Shown here: piece by piece, positions 8,925-18,368 of the stretch
Layout: each line of letters starts with the position of its first letter
Numbering within the stretch: position 1 is the stretch's first letter
DNA from: an uncultured Deinococcales bacterium
Lineage (GTDB): Bacteria; Deinococcota; Deinococci; Deinococcales; JAAFIG01
Assembly: GCA_964247135.1 (NCBI GenBank)
Contig: CAXTTL010000001.1
Span: forward strand, 37,887 to 101,886
DNA length: 64,000 nt
Direction: 5' to 3'
The notes under the pieces: generated by a model
What the model saw: the letters and a program-made list of their open reading frames with translations, nothing else
Databases searched by the model: none
What the model was told of the DNA's origin: nothing
Made by a program: the position numbers and the translations under genes

Positions 8925-9781
8925 CACTTTCTCCTGCCAGAATCTTTCGCTCGAGGTCTTGGTATCGCTTTTCACAAAACCCGCTGTCAGTGATCGGTTT
9001 GGGCATTGTGGTGTTGGTGGTGCTGCTGGCGATTCTTGCGCCGATCATCACGCCCTACCCGAAGCACGCGGGGCAGTTTGTGAATTTCAGTGCGGGCACT
9101 GCCGCACCGACATGGCAGTATTTGTTTGGCACGGACACCATTGGGCGTGATGTTTTGACGCGCATCATTTTTGGCTTGCGGGTCTCGCTCGCGCTTGGCG
9201 TGGTGGTCTTGGCATTGGCTGTGCCCATTGGTGTGATTCTGGGTTTGATGGCGGGTTATTTTGGGCGGCACGTCGAACTGGTCATCATGCGAATCACCGA
9301 TGTTTTTCTGGCATTGCCACCTTTGGTGCTGGCGTTGGCGGTCTTGGGGTTTCTGGAGCCAAATTTGTTTAACGCCATGATGGCGGTGACCGTGATGTGG
9401 TGGCCATGGTACACGCGATTGGTCTACAACCTCTCCCGTTCAATCCGCACCGAGGGTTTTGTCACCGCCAGCGAGGTGATGGGCGCCTCGAGATTCCATA
9501 TTTTGTTCCGCGAGATTCTGCCGAATTGCCTGCCCTCGATCTTGACCAAAATGACGCTCGACATGGGCTTTGTGATTCTGATTGGCGCGAGTTTGTCGTT
9601 TCTGGGCTTGGGTGTCCAACCGCCCACCCCAGACCTCGGTTCGATGGTCGCCGACGGCGCAAAATACCTGCCCGATGCCTGGTGGATTTCGGTCTTTCCT
9701 GGACTGGCGGTCTTGTTCTGCGTGCTCGGTTTTAATTTGCTCGGTGATGGCTTGCGCGATCTTTTGGACGTGGAGGTATGA
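8921..9781 (+). CDS. ABC transporter permease (DppC/OppC-like)
   Basis: 286 aa. The sequence reads LFGTDTIGRDVLTRIIFGLRVSL ... LPNCLPSILTKMTLDMGFVILIGASLSFLGLGVQPPTPDLG, with an EAA-type loop region. Confidence 0.9.
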   Translation: MTLSPARIFRSRSWYRFSQNPLSVIGLGIVVLVVLLAILAPIITPYPKHAGQFVNFSAGTAAPTWQYLFGTDTIGRDVLTRIIFGLRVSLALGVVVLALAVPIGVILGLMAGYFGRHVELVIMRITDVFLALPPLVLALAVLGFLEPNLFNAMMAVTVMWWPWYTRLVYNLSRSIRTEGFVTASEVMGASRFHILFREILPNCLPSILTKMTLDMGFVILIGASLSFLGLGVQPPTPDLGSMVADGAKYLPDAWWISVFPGLAVLFCVLGFNLLGDGLRDLLDVEV

Positions 9782-9835
9782 ACCACGATTTTGCCGTGTT
9801 GTGGGTTGTACAGTGCAATGTATGGCGAACCGTTC

Positions 9836-10122
9836 GGTGCGCTGTAGGGTGCGCTCAAGAGCGCACCGCATTGACACCCCATCCCTCGAGATTAAAACCC
9901 GCAACCCATGATTTTGTTATTACCAAAATTAACGTTTATATCATTCGTTTCTCGAGATTGAAAAACATTGCTGGTGGTTTTTTTGTTGCCAAAATGAATG
10001 TTTGCACAATGTGTTTCTCGAGATTCAAAAACATTTTTTGTGGTTTTTTTGATGGGTTGGGGTGGTGCGCTCGGGGTTGGTGGGTTTGTGGGCGGTGCGC
10101 TCGAGAGCGCACCCTACGGGTG
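9836..10122. mobile_element. REPIN/MITE-like non-autonomous element A (two inverted REP hairpins enclosing ~2.5 AT-rich tandem modules)
   Basis: The terminal hairpins are 9848-9867 (GGTGCGCTCAAGAGCGCACC) and 10094-10113 (GGTGCGCTCGAGAGCGCACC), in opposite orientation. The right arm carries a G/T-rich tract like the RAYT arms. Internal tandem modules at 9916-9984 and 9985-10050 are ~66-69 bp and ~75-80% identical by eye, each with TTTCTCGAGATT[G/C]AAAAACATT. The element lies between permease 2 and ATPase 1. Confidence 0.75.
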
Positions 10123-10130
10123 AATTATTT

Positions 10131-11105
10131 ATGACAACGCCTCTCTTAAAAATCACCGATCTCCATTTGCGATTTAAACTCTTCGAGGGGGTTTCGCACG
10201 TGCTGGCGGGGGTCAACCTCGAGGTGCATCGCGGGGAACGGGTTGCGATTGTGGGCGAGTCGGGTTGCGGGAAATCTGTGACGTTGCGTTTGATTTTGGG
10301 TTTGTTGCGCGGCAAGAACATCATGGTTTCGGGCACAATCGAATTTGATGACCTCGAGATCAATGCTGCCAGCGATCAGAAATTGCGTGAGATTCGTGGG
10401 CGGCGCATTGGTACGATTTTTCAAGACCCAATGGCTTCGCTCAATCCAACCTTTACGATTCTCGATCAGATGGGTGCGGTGATCCGACGTGGAGAGCCGA
10501 AAATTTCTCGAGTTGCTTTGCTCGAGAAAGCAAAGCACGCGCTTTCTCAGGTGGCGATCAATGATCCTTTGCGAGTGCTCGAGGCGTATCCGTTTCAACT
10601 TTCGGGCGGCTTAAATCAGCGCGTCTTGATTGCGATGGCGCTGCTCAACGAACCCGAGTTGGTACTGGCGGACGAACCAGGCACGGCGCTCGATGTCACG
10701 GTGCAAGAGCAAACCTTGCGTTTGATGCGAGAATTGACGCAGAACCTGAATTCGGCGGTGCTCTTGATTACCCACAACCTCGGCGTGGTGCGCGAGTTTG
10801 CGGATCGGGTCTATGTGATGTACGCCGGCAGCGTGGTCGAGGAAGCCAGAACCACTGAACTCTTCGCCAATCCCAAGCATCCGTACACGCGGGCGTTGCT
10901 CGAGAGTGTGCCGAAATTGACGGGCACCAATTTGCCGCAGGGGATCGATGGTTTTGTGCCCGATTACACCAAGCCTCCTTTGGGTTGTCGCTTTCATCCG
11001 CGTTGCGCTCAGGCGACCCAAGCCTGCCAGACCTTGCCGCCTTTGCTCGAGGTGGCGCAAGGTCACAAGGTTGCCTGTGTGCTTTACGAGGGGGCGGCTG
11101 CATGA
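10131..11105 (+). CDS. ABC transporter ATP-binding protein (DppD/OppD-like)
   Basis: Walker A is GESGCGKS, the signature is LSGGLNQRV, Walker B is LVLADEPGTALD, and the oligopeptide-type C-terminal region is HPYTRALLESVP. The start is at ATG 10131 (MTTPLLKITDL). The longer track ORF from 10062 reads through the REP hairpin. Confidence 0.9.
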   Translation: MTTPLLKITDLHLRFKLFEGVSHVLAGVNLEVHRGERVAIVGESGCGKSVTLRLILGLLRGKNIMVSGTIEFDDLEINAASDQKLREIRGRRIGTIFQDPMASLNPTFTILDQMGAVIRRGEPKISRVALLEKAKHALSQVAINDPLRVLEAYPFQLSGGLNQRVLIAMALLNEPELVLADEPGTALDVTVQEQTLRLMRELTQNLNSAVLLITHNLGVVREFADRVYVMYAGSVVEEARTTELFANPKHPYTRALLESVPKLTGTNLPQGIDGFVPDYTKPPLGCRFHPRCAQATQACQTLPPLLEVAQGHKVACVLYEGAAA

Positions 11106-12082
11106 CCGAGCCGTTGTTGCGTGCCACCAACCTCGCCAAGCATTACAAGACCCGTGCCAGCACCGTTAGGGCGCTTGATGGGGTCAACCTCGAGGTGTTT
11201 GAAGGTGAAACCCTGGCGGTGGTCGGCGAATCGGGTTCGGGCAAGACCACGCTGGCAAACCTGATCTTGGGCATCGAAGCGCCAAGCATGGGTGAACTGG
11301 TGTTCCGTGGCACGGCGTTGACCGCCAAACGCACGCTCGAGTTGAGGCGACGCATTCAGTACGTGCAACAAAATCCGATGACCACGCTCAACCCACGCCG
11401 CACGGTGTTTCAGAGCATCAGTCTGGCACTCGAGACGCATAAGTTGCGACCCCGTGCCGAGCGGCGTGCTCGGGTGGCAGAGTTGCTCGAGGTGGTGGGC
11501 ATGAGTGTCGAGAACCTGGATCGGTTTCCGAATGCGCTCTCGGGTGGGCAGCGTCAACGCGTGGCAATTGCTCGAGCGCTGGCGGCAGAACCGCAATTGT
11601 TGGTGCTCGACGAGCCGACCTCGGCGCTGGATGTCAGCGTGCAAGCCAAAGTGTTGACCCTGTTGGTCGAACTGCAAGCAAAATTTAAGCTCACCTACTT
11701 GTTCATCACGCACGATCTGGGTGTGGTTCGCAATGTGGCAAACCGTGTGGCGGTGATGTATCGCGGCAAAAACGTCGAGCTTGGACCCACGCCCGAATTG
11801 TTCCGCGACCCTGAACATCCGTACACCCGCATGTTGATCTCCTCGATTCCGGTGGTCAGCCTCGAGGAAGAACAACTGAAACCTGTCTGGGCGTGGGATC
11901 GCAACCTGGTGCTCTCGAGCGAAATGACCTCGAGTGGCTGCGGTTTTGCGCCGCGTTGCCCGTATGCCGAAGATGCTTGCCGCACTCAAATACCAGCACT
12001 CTCGAGCGTTCGCAGCGATCATCTGGCGGCGTGTCACATGGTCTCGGGCGTGATGAAGCAAAAAATGAATCAAGGAGGCTAG
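11102..12082 (+). CDS. ABC transporter ATP-binding protein (DppF/OppF-like)
   Basis: Walker A is GESGSGKT, the signature is LSGGQRQRV and Walker B is LLVLDEPTSALD; the C-terminal region reads HPYTRMLISSIP. ATG 11102 overlaps the upstream stop (ATGA). The track start 10985 lies inside the upstream gene. Confidence 0.9.
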   Translation: MTEPLLRATNLAKHYKTRASTVRALDGVNLEVFEGETLAVVGESGSGKTTLANLILGIEAPSMGELVFRGTALTAKRTLELRRRIQYVQQNPMTTLNPRRTVFQSISLALETHKLRPRAERRARVAELLEVVGMSVENLDRFPNALSGGQRQRVAIARALAAEPQLLVLDEPTSALDVSVQAKVLTLLVELQAKFKLTYLFITHDLGVVRNVANRVAVMYRGKNVELGPTPELFRDPEHPYTRMLISSIPVVSLEEEQLKPVWAWDRNLVLSSEMTSSGCGFAPRCPYAEDACRTQIPALSSVRSDHLAACHMVSGVMKQKMNQGG

Positions 12083-12083
12083 G

Positions 12084-13253
12084 ATGCTCAAAGCAAAACT
12101 CGGTGAGGTTCAAGCGTATTTGCGCGAGGCAAAGCTTGACGGTTGGTTGCTGTTCGATTTTCGGGGCATGAACCCCTTCGTCAAACGTGTTCTGAGTCTC
12201 GAGGGCAAGGGCTTGTTGACGCGGCGTTGGTTTGTCTGGATTCCCGCACAGGGCGACCCGAGCGTCACAGTTCACGCCATCGAGCACGGTTCTTTTCCCG
12301 AAACCGGTTTTGCCACCTCGAGTTACTCGAGTCGCAGCGACCTGAGCGAAAAATTGCGAGAAACGCTTGGCAATGCCAAACGCATCGTCATGGAATACTC
12401 GCCGCAAAACAACAACCCGTATGTTTCCAAGGTGGATGCTGGCACAGTCGAACTCGTGCGTGGCTTGGGTGTTGAAGTTTTCAGTTCTGGCGACATCCTG
12501 CAATTGTTTTTGGCATGGAGCGACACGCAACTCGAGAACCACAGAAAAGCCTCTCAAGCCCTCACCGAAACCAAAGATGCGGCGCTCGGTTTGATCCGCG
12601 AACATGCCTCGAGCCAAAAACCGCTAACCGAATACGAGTTGCAATCGTTCATGTGCCGTCAGATGGAACAACGCGGCATGATTTACGACCACGCGCCAAT
12701 CGTCTGCTTTGGACGAACCTCCAACGACCCGCATTACACCCCGTCTGAAACGCATTCCAACCCGCTCGAGCCTGGGGCAATTTTGATGGATTTGTTCTGT
12801 CAAACCTCCAAAAACGATCCCTTTGCAGACATCACCTGGATGGCGCACCTTGGCACACCCTCTGCCGAATTCATGCGTGCGTTTGATCGCGTCACCGCCT
12901 CTCGAGATGCAGGTGTGAATTTTCTGCGTTCAAGGCTCGAGGCGGGCAATGACGTTCAAGGCTTTGAAGTCGATCAGGTTGTGCGTCAAGTTTTGATTGA
13001 CGCAGGTTACGAAAAATATTTGTTGCACCGCACCGGTCACAGCCTCGGCTGCACTGCCGTGCATGGCGATGTCGCGCATTTTGACGGCATCGAAACCCTC
13101 GACGAACGCCGTGTTTTGCCGCGCCTTGGCTTCACCATCGAACCAGGCGTCTACCTGCCCGAATTTGGTGTGCGCAGCGAAATCAATGTGTACAGCCTCG
13201 AGCGTGGTCTCGAGATCACCACCGCCATTCAACACGCATTGGACGTGATTTGA
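12084..13253 (+). CDS. M24 family metallopeptidase (Xaa-Pro aminopeptidase/creatinase-like)
   Basis: 389 aa. Pita-bread fold metal-ligand context is present: DITWMAHLG, HRTGHSLG, EPGVYLPEFGVRSEINV. The gene starts 1 nt after the ATPase stop. Confidence 0.8.
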   Translation: MLKAKLGEVQAYLREAKLDGWLLFDFRGMNPFVKRVLSLEGKGLLTRRWFVWIPAQGDPSVTVHAIEHGSFPETGFATSSYSSRSDLSEKLRETLGNAKRIVMEYSPQNNNPYVSKVDAGTVELVRGLGVEVFSSGDILQLFLAWSDTQLENHRKASQALTETKDAALGLIREHASSQKPLTEYELQSFMCRQMEQRGMIYDHAPIVCFGRTSNDPHYTPSETHSNPLEPGAILMDLFCQTSKNDPFADITWMAHLGTPSAEFMRAFDRVTASRDAGVNFLRSRLEAGNDVQGFEVDQVVRQVLIDAGYEKYLLHRTGHSLGCTAVHGDVAHFDGIETLDERRVLPRLGFTIEPGVYLPEFGVRSEINVYSLERGLEITTAIQHALDVI

Positions 13254-13287
13254 TGTTTCAAACCACCCCCGCGATGTTCCAAACAAC

Positions 13288-13507
13288 ACCCGTAGGGTGC
13301 GCTCTCGAGCGCACCGCCCACAAACCCACCCATCTCGAGCGCACCCCCACACCCCCCAACCCCAACAAAAAAATCACACAAAATGCTTTTGAACCTCGAG
13401 AAACGAATGATGTAAATGTTGTGTTTGGCAACAAAAAAATCATGGGCAATGCTTTTGAACCTCGAGCAATGTGATGCCAATGTGGTGCGCTCAAGAGCGC
13501 ACCCTAC
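13288..13507. mobile_element. REPIN/MITE-like non-autonomous element B (inverted copy of the element A family)
   Basis: The terminal hairpins are 13296-13315 (GGTGCGCTCTCGAGCGCACC) and 13484-13503 (GGTGCGCTCAAGAGCGCACC). The C-rich arm is CCGCCCACAAACCCACCC...CCCCCCAACCCC. Internal modules read AAAAAAATCA..AATGCTTTTGAACCTCGAG (x2). The sequence aligns to the reverse complement of element A. The element lies between the M24 peptidase and hyuA. Confidence 0.75.
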
Positions 13508-13562
13508 TACAATTTTTTGCAATTAAAATTTCGCATCAATTTAATACCATCAGGAGGAATCC

Positions 13563-15665
13563 ATGCCGCAATCACCCCGAATTCGCGCCGCCACCGACGT
13601 CGGTGGAACCTTCACCGACTTGGTGTATTTCCGCACCGACCCCAAAACCGGTCGGCAAGAAATCGTCACCGCCAAGTCCGACACCACCCCGCCCGATTTT
13701 GAACGCGGTGTGATGAACGTGATCCACAAAGCCAATCTGCCAATGGAAGAAATCGCGTTTCTCGCGCACGGCACAACCGTTGTCATCAACGCCTTGACCG
13801 AACGCAAAGGCGTCAAAACCGCTTTGATTACCACGAGCGGTTTTCGGGATTCGATTGAAATTGCTCGAGGCAACCGCCCCGATTTTTTCAATTTGTTTTA
13901 CCAGAAACCCGAGCCTTTTGTGCCGCGTTTTTTGCGTCAAGAAGTGCCTGGGCGCATGTCGCCGCAAGGTTTGGAGCGCGAGGCACTTGACTTGTCGGGT
14001 TTGCCTGCCATCTTGAAGGCGTTCAAAAAAGAGGGTGTTCAAGCGGTGGCAATTTGCCTGCTGCATTCTTACGCCAACCCTGCCCACGAGCAAGCCGTGC
14101 TCGAGCGGGTGCATGAGTTGTGGGCGGATGTGGCGGTGGTCGCGTCGCATCAGATCACCCGCGAGTGGCGCGAGTACGAGCGCACCAATACCACAGTGCT
14201 TTCGGCGTATGTGCAACCGATTGCCGAGCGTTACCTCTCGAGGTTGCAGGCGGGCGCGGAGGCTGAGGGTTTTGCTGGGCAGATGTACATCATGCAGTCC
14301 AATTGCGGGGTGGATTCGCTCGAGCATACGCGTGAAATTCCAATCACGATGGTTGAGTCTGGTCCTGCCAGTGGGGTTTGGGGCGCGGCGGAGCTTGGAC
14401 GTTTGTTGAACGAACCAAACGTCTTGGCGCTGGACATTGGTGGTACGACCGCGAAGTGTTCCTTGATCGAAAATGGTCGGGTGCGGGTACAGACCGATTA
14501 CTGGATTGAACGCACGCATCAGTCGGCGGGTTATCCGATTCAAGTGCCTGTGCTCGACATCGTGGAGATCGGGCAGGGCGGTGGCAGCATCGCCTGGGTG
14601 GACGAGTTTGCCAAGTTGCACGTCGGTCCCAAATCGGCAGGGGCGCAACCAGGTCCTGCCGCCTATGGGCGCGGCGGCACAAATGCCACGACCACCGACG
14701 CAAACCTGGCGCTCGGGCGCATCAACCAGCATTATTTTTGCGGTGGCGAAATCAAAGCCGACATGAAAGCCGTGGGCAGTTCGCTGGATGCCGTCGCCAA
14801 GCAATTGAAGGTTTCTCGGCTCGAGGCGGCTCGAGGGATTGTGCGCTTGGCAAACCACAACATGGTCAATGCTTTAAAACTTGTCTCGGTCAACCGTGGT
14901 CACGACCCCAGGGATTTTACGTTGGTCGCCTTCGGTGGTGGCGGCGCGATGCACGCGGTGGCACTCGCGCAAGAACTGGGCATCAAAAAGGTCGTGATTC
15001 CTCGAGCCGCCGATGTGTTTAGCGCTTGGGGCATGATGATGAGCGACTTGCGGCGCGATTTTTTCATCACCAAACTCGCCAGCTTAAAAGCCGAAAATGC
15101 CGCCGCGCTCGAGGCACTGGTGCGCGAGACCAGCGACAATGCGCTGGCACAATTCAAGCTCGAGGGCATCAAAGCCAGTCAGGTCAGTTTTATTCGTTAT
15201 GCCAAGCTTCGTTACGAAAATCAGGAACATACCGTCGAAATTGCGCTGCCCGATGCGAAAATCAGTGCCAAAACGATTCCTGCAATCATCGAAGATTTTC
15301 ATGCCTCGTATGAGCGCGAGTACACCTATCGCCTGAACGCTCCCGTCGAATTCGTGGGCTTGCATCTGGTGGCTTCTGCCGAGGTGGGCAAGCTCGAGCC
15401 GATTACGTTGCCGTGCAGCAAACGCAAACTCGAAGCGGCGCATAAAGGGACGCGCCAGGTGGATTACGCGCTCGAGGGCGTTCACATTGCCGATATTTAC
15501 GATGGCGATCTGCTCGAGCCTGGCATGAAATTTGTTGGACCTGCGATCATTGAAACCAGCGGCACGACGATGGTGATTCATCCTGGCAATCAGGTGCGGA
15601 TGGATGACTATGGTCATGTTCACATCACGGTCACGGCGGCAGTGACCAAAGGAGGTCGCAAATGA
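13563..15665 (+). CDS. hyuA: Hydantoinase/oxoprolinase A subunit (N-methylhydantoinase A / acetone carboxylase beta-like)
   Basis: 700 aa with an AGGAGGAAT RBS. The sequence contains RIRAATDVGGTFTDLV and ALDIGGTTAKCS and has a long C-terminal domain. It is directly followed by and overlaps hyuB. Confidence 0.85.
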   Translation: MPQSPRIRAATDVGGTFTDLVYFRTDPKTGRQEIVTAKSDTTPPDFERGVMNVIHKANLPMEEIAFLAHGTTVVINALTERKGVKTALITTSGFRDSIEIARGNRPDFFNLFYQKPEPFVPRFLRQEVPGRMSPQGLEREALDLSGLPAILKAFKKEGVQAVAICLLHSYANPAHEQAVLERVHELWADVAVVASHQITREWREYERTNTTVLSAYVQPIAERYLSRLQAGAEAEGFAGQMYIMQSNCGVDSLEHTREIPITMVESGPASGVWGAAELGRLLNEPNVLALDIGGTTAKCSLIENGRVRVQTDYWIERTHQSAGYPIQVPVLDIVEIGQGGGSIAWVDEFAKLHVGPKSAGAQPGPAAYGRGGTNATTTDANLALGRINQHYFCGGEIKADMKAVGSSLDAVAKQLKVSRLEAARGIVRLANHNMVNALKLVSVNRGHDPRDFTLVAFGGGGAMHAVALAQELGIKKVVIPRAADVFSAWGMMMSDLRRDFFITKLASLKAENAAALEALVRETSDNALAQFKLEGIKASQVSFIRYAKLRYENQEHTVEIALPDAKISAKTIPAIIEDFHASYEREYTYRLNAPVEFVGLHLVASAEVGKLEPITLPCSKRKLEAAHKGTRQVDYALEGVHIADIYDGDLLEPGMKFVGPAIIETSGTTMVIHPGNQVRMDDYGHVHITVTAAVTKGGRK

Positions 15666-17341
15666 AAGCCAAAACCAAAAAAACCAGCACTTCAAAATTT
15701 GACCCGATCACGCTCGAGATCATTCAAAATTCCTTGCAAGCCATCAGCGACGAGATGTTCGCCGCGATGCGAAAAACCGCCATGAGCGCGATCATTTACG
15801 AGGTGCTCGACATGGGCACGGGCATCACGGACTTTGAGGGCAACCTGGCGGCATCGGGCGCGGGTATTCCAGCCTTTGTGGGTGTGCTCGACAAAGCCGT
15901 GCAAAAAATTCTCGAGCTGAACCCTCGAGCCGACATTCACCCAGGGGATGTGTTCATCACCAACGACCCGTACTTTGGTGGGGTCACGCACCTGAATGAC
16001 GGGGTGTTGGCGATGCCAGTTTTTGTTGGCAACCAGATCATTGCCTGGACGGCGAACATCGCGCACTGGCCCGATGTCGGCGGTCTGGTGGCGGGTTCGA
16101 TGTCCAACGATGCCAAAGAGATTTTTCAGGAAGGTTTGCGCTTGCCCGCCATCAAACTGATTGACCGTGGAGTGCCGATCAAAAGCGTCATGGAGATCAT
16201 CAAAACCAACAGCCGACTGCCAGACTTTTTGCAGGGCGACCTCTGGGCGGGCATCGCGGCGGTGCGGGTGGGCAACAAGCGCTTGCTCGAGTTGGTCGAA
16301 AAATACGGGCAGGATACCTTCGTGGCGGGCATGAAGCACTTTATGGATTACGGCGAGGCGATCTCGAGAAAGGCGCTCAAGTCATTGCCCAAAGGCACGT
16401 TTACACTTTCTGAAGAGCAGGACAGCGGTGTGGTGTACAGCGCCACCATCACGATCACTGACAGCGAATTTAAGGTAGATTTGCGTAACAACCCAGACCA
16501 GGACGCGGGACCAAACAACTCCTGCCGTGACGGGGCGATGATCGCCGCACAGATGATCTTTAAAAACCTGACCGACCCGCACGGGGTGGCGAACGGTGGC
16601 ACGTTCCGCCCGCTCAACCTCATCACGCGTAAGGGCAGTGTGTTTGATGCCAACCCACCAGCCGCATTTGCCATTTATTACGAGGTCGAGGTGCGCCTGT
16701 ACGACCTGCTCTGGCGTTGCCTCGCGCCGCACATGGAAGGTCGCTTGCCTGCGGGTAACTTCTCCTCGATTTTGGGCACGATTGTTTACGGCAAACACCC
16801 CGACACCGGACGCTTTTTCACCATCATCGAACCACAAATCGGTGGCTGGGGCGGCTCGAGCATACGTGATGGCAACAGCGGCATTTTCTGCGGTTTTCAT
16901 GGCGAAACCTACAACTGTCCCGTCGAAATTGCCGAAACGCGGTACGGCTTGTATGTCGATCAACTCAGCCTCAACCTCGAGCCTGGTGGCGAGGGTCAAT
17001 TCCGTGGCGGCAAAGGCATTGTGCTCGATTACCGTGTGCGTTCGGACAACACCTTTTTAACGGCTTCGTACACCAGAAACATTCACAAACCCTGGGCGCT
17101 GGACGGTGGGCGTGAGGGTTCACCGAATTACATCGAGATCATCCGAAGTGACGGCAGGCGCGAGAAGCACGCCGTCTTGACGGGCTTGTTGCTCAACAAA
17201 GACGATGTGATTCGGGTGATTACCGCCAACGGTGCGGGTTTTGGCGATCCGAAAAAACGCAGCCCCGAGGCGGTGTTCGAGGACATCAAAAACGGTTTGA
17301 TTACCCCGAAACGTGCCAAGGAGGTTTACGGTCAAGGCTGA
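15662..17341 (+). CDS. hyuB: Hydantoinase B/oxoprolinase family protein
   Basis: 559 aa. The sequences DPITLEIIQNSLQAISDEMFAAMRKTAMSAIIYEVLD and ITNDPYFGGVTHLND are typical of HyuB. Its start overlaps the hyuA stop (ATGA). Confidence 0.85.
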   Translation: MKAKTKKTSTSKFDPITLEIIQNSLQAISDEMFAAMRKTAMSAIIYEVLDMGTGITDFEGNLAASGAGIPAFVGVLDKAVQKILELNPRADIHPGDVFITNDPYFGGVTHLNDGVLAMPVFVGNQIIAWTANIAHWPDVGGLVAGSMSNDAKEIFQEGLRLPAIKLIDRGVPIKSVMEIIKTNSRLPDFLQGDLWAGIAAVRVGNKRLLELVEKYGQDTFVAGMKHFMDYGEAISRKALKSLPKGTFTLSEEQDSGVVYSATITITDSEFKVDLRNNPDQDAGPNNSCRDGAMIAAQMIFKNLTDPHGVANGGTFRPLNLITRKGSVFDANPPAAFAIYYEVEVRLYDLLWRCLAPHMEGRLPAGNFSSILGTIVYGKHPDTGRFFTIIEPQIGGWGGSSIRDGNSGIFCGFHGETYNCPVEIAETRYGLYVDQLSLNLEPGGEGQFRGGKGIVLDYRVRSDNTFLTASYTRNIHKPWALDGGREGSPNYIEIIRSDGRREKHAVLTGLLLNKDDVIRVITANGAGFGDPKKRSPEAVFEDIKNGLITPKRAKEVYGQG

Positions 17342-17492
17342 GGCTCGAGCATACAATCCCAACACCTCGAGACACCGTTGTACGTTTCGTGTTTTGAATT
17401 TGCCAGCAGCCGCCAATCCATTTCGCCAAAAAGCACCCTCGCCACTCGAGTTTTGCGTGGGTGCGGCTGGTTTTTTCTCGAACTGACTTGAT

Positions 17493-18353
17493 TTAAGACG
17501 TGAACAACGGAGCCATTTCACGTTGCTCGAGCAAATTTTGCATGAGCGCATCGCTGGGGCGCACTGCCATTTGGTTTGCCGCTTCGAGTACCTTGGGCAT
17601 GATCTTCAGGTCACCAGCCGTGCAAATGAAGACATCGGCTCGAGCCAGCGCCCAGTGAACCGCCAGGTTGATGTCGGCTTGATCCTCGAGCGGTTCATAC
17701 CAGGTGGCGCTGGTTTGTGGTCGTTCATTCCAGGGTCGGCGCGTGATTGTCTTGATCGTTTGCACCGCGACCTGGCGCTGCTGACAGACGAGCATCAATT
17801 CCTCGAAGTCACGGGCGTACTGCGGGTTTTGCATCAGCACATGGCTGTAAGGCAAGAGCACCGAATCAAACTCAAATTGCTCGAGCGCCCGTCGGTGCTG
17901 TGCCGCAACCGTTAAACCGTGACCCGTCACGCCAATAAAGCGCACCAATCCCTCGGCTCGAGCCTCGATCAATGCCTCGAGCGCACCGCCTGGTCCCATT
18001 GCGGTTTCCCACTCTTGCGGATCAACCAGGTTGTGCAACTGAATCGAATCGAGGTGATCGGTGCGCAGGCGCTCGAGTGAACGGTGAATGCTGTCCTTTG
18101 CCGCTTGATACGTGCGATCACCAGTTTTGCTCGCCAGAAAGAAATCCTGGCGGTGGGCGGGCATCCACGGACCAATGCGAAGTTCGGACTCGCCGTAACT
18201 GGCGGCGGTATCAAGATGGTTCACGCTGTACTCAAAAAGCTGCTCAAAGGCACGGTCGGCTTGGGCTTGCGAGACCGCGCTCAGACCCGCCGCACCGAAG
18301 ATGGCGCGACTGCTGTGGTGACCTGTGCGACCAAAGGGAATCTTGGGGATCAT
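17493..18353 (-). CDS. Aldo/keto reductase
   Basis: 286 aa. AKR-like blocks are present: [29 protein letters not shown] and IGVTGH. Confidence 0.75.
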   Translation of the reverse strand: MIPKIPFGRTGHHSSRAIFGAAGLSAVSQAQADRAFEQLFEYSVNHLDTAASYGESELRIGPWMPAHRQDFFLASKTGDRTYQAAKDSIHRSLERLRTDHLDSIQLHNLVDPQEWETAMGPGGALEALIEARAEGLVRFIGVTGHGLTVAAQHRRALEQFEFDSVLLPYSHVLMQNPQYARDFEELMLVCQQRQVAVQTIKTITRRPWNERPQTSATWYEPLEDQADINLAVHWALARADVFICTAGDLKIMPKVLEAANQMAVRPSDALMQNLLEQREMAPLFTS

Positions 18354-18368
18354 GACCCGACCTCGCTT

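Noticed and set aside
9916-10050. The tandem repeats as a possible mini CRISPR array.
   Set aside because: There are only ~2.5 contiguous, diverged units with no unique spacers between them. The units are 66-69 bp, there are no cas genes, and the same modules occur in the inverted copy at 13.3-13.5 kb.
10062-10130. N-terminal extensions of the ATPase genes: track starts 10062 and 10985.
   Set aside because: The extension from 10062 translates the REP hairpin and G-rich arm. The extension from 10985 lies inside the upstream ATPase. The downstream ATGs give canonical N-termini (MTTPLLKITDL and MTEPLLRATNL).
9778-10134. A 118-aa ORF across element A, and the 13229..13522 ORF across element B, both showing a repeated peptide FSR[LF]K[NS]I..FFVAK.
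   Set aside because: The repeated peptide simply mirrors the tandem DNA modules (TTTCTCGAGATTNAAAAACATT). The ORFs run through REP hairpins and have no RBS, so I treat them as non-coding repeat DNA.
11084-12091. A 335-aa minus-strand ORF antisense to the DppF-like ATPase.
   Set aside because: The same reasoning applies. The plus-strand gene has Walker A/B and signature motifs, and the antisense product has none.
13572-14858. A 428-aa minus-strand ORF antisense to hyuA.
   Set aside because: It lies entirely within a well-supported hyuA gene. Its product is Arg/Gly/His-rich low-complexity sequence typical of antisense frames in GC-rich DNA, and I saw no motif or RBS.
17341-17492. A bidirectional rho-independent terminator between the convergent hyuB and aldo/keto reductase genes.
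   Set aside because: The only candidate is CCAGCAGCCGCC...GTGCGGCTGG followed by TTTTTT. The pairing is imperfect and the loop is ~46 nt, which is too weak to call.
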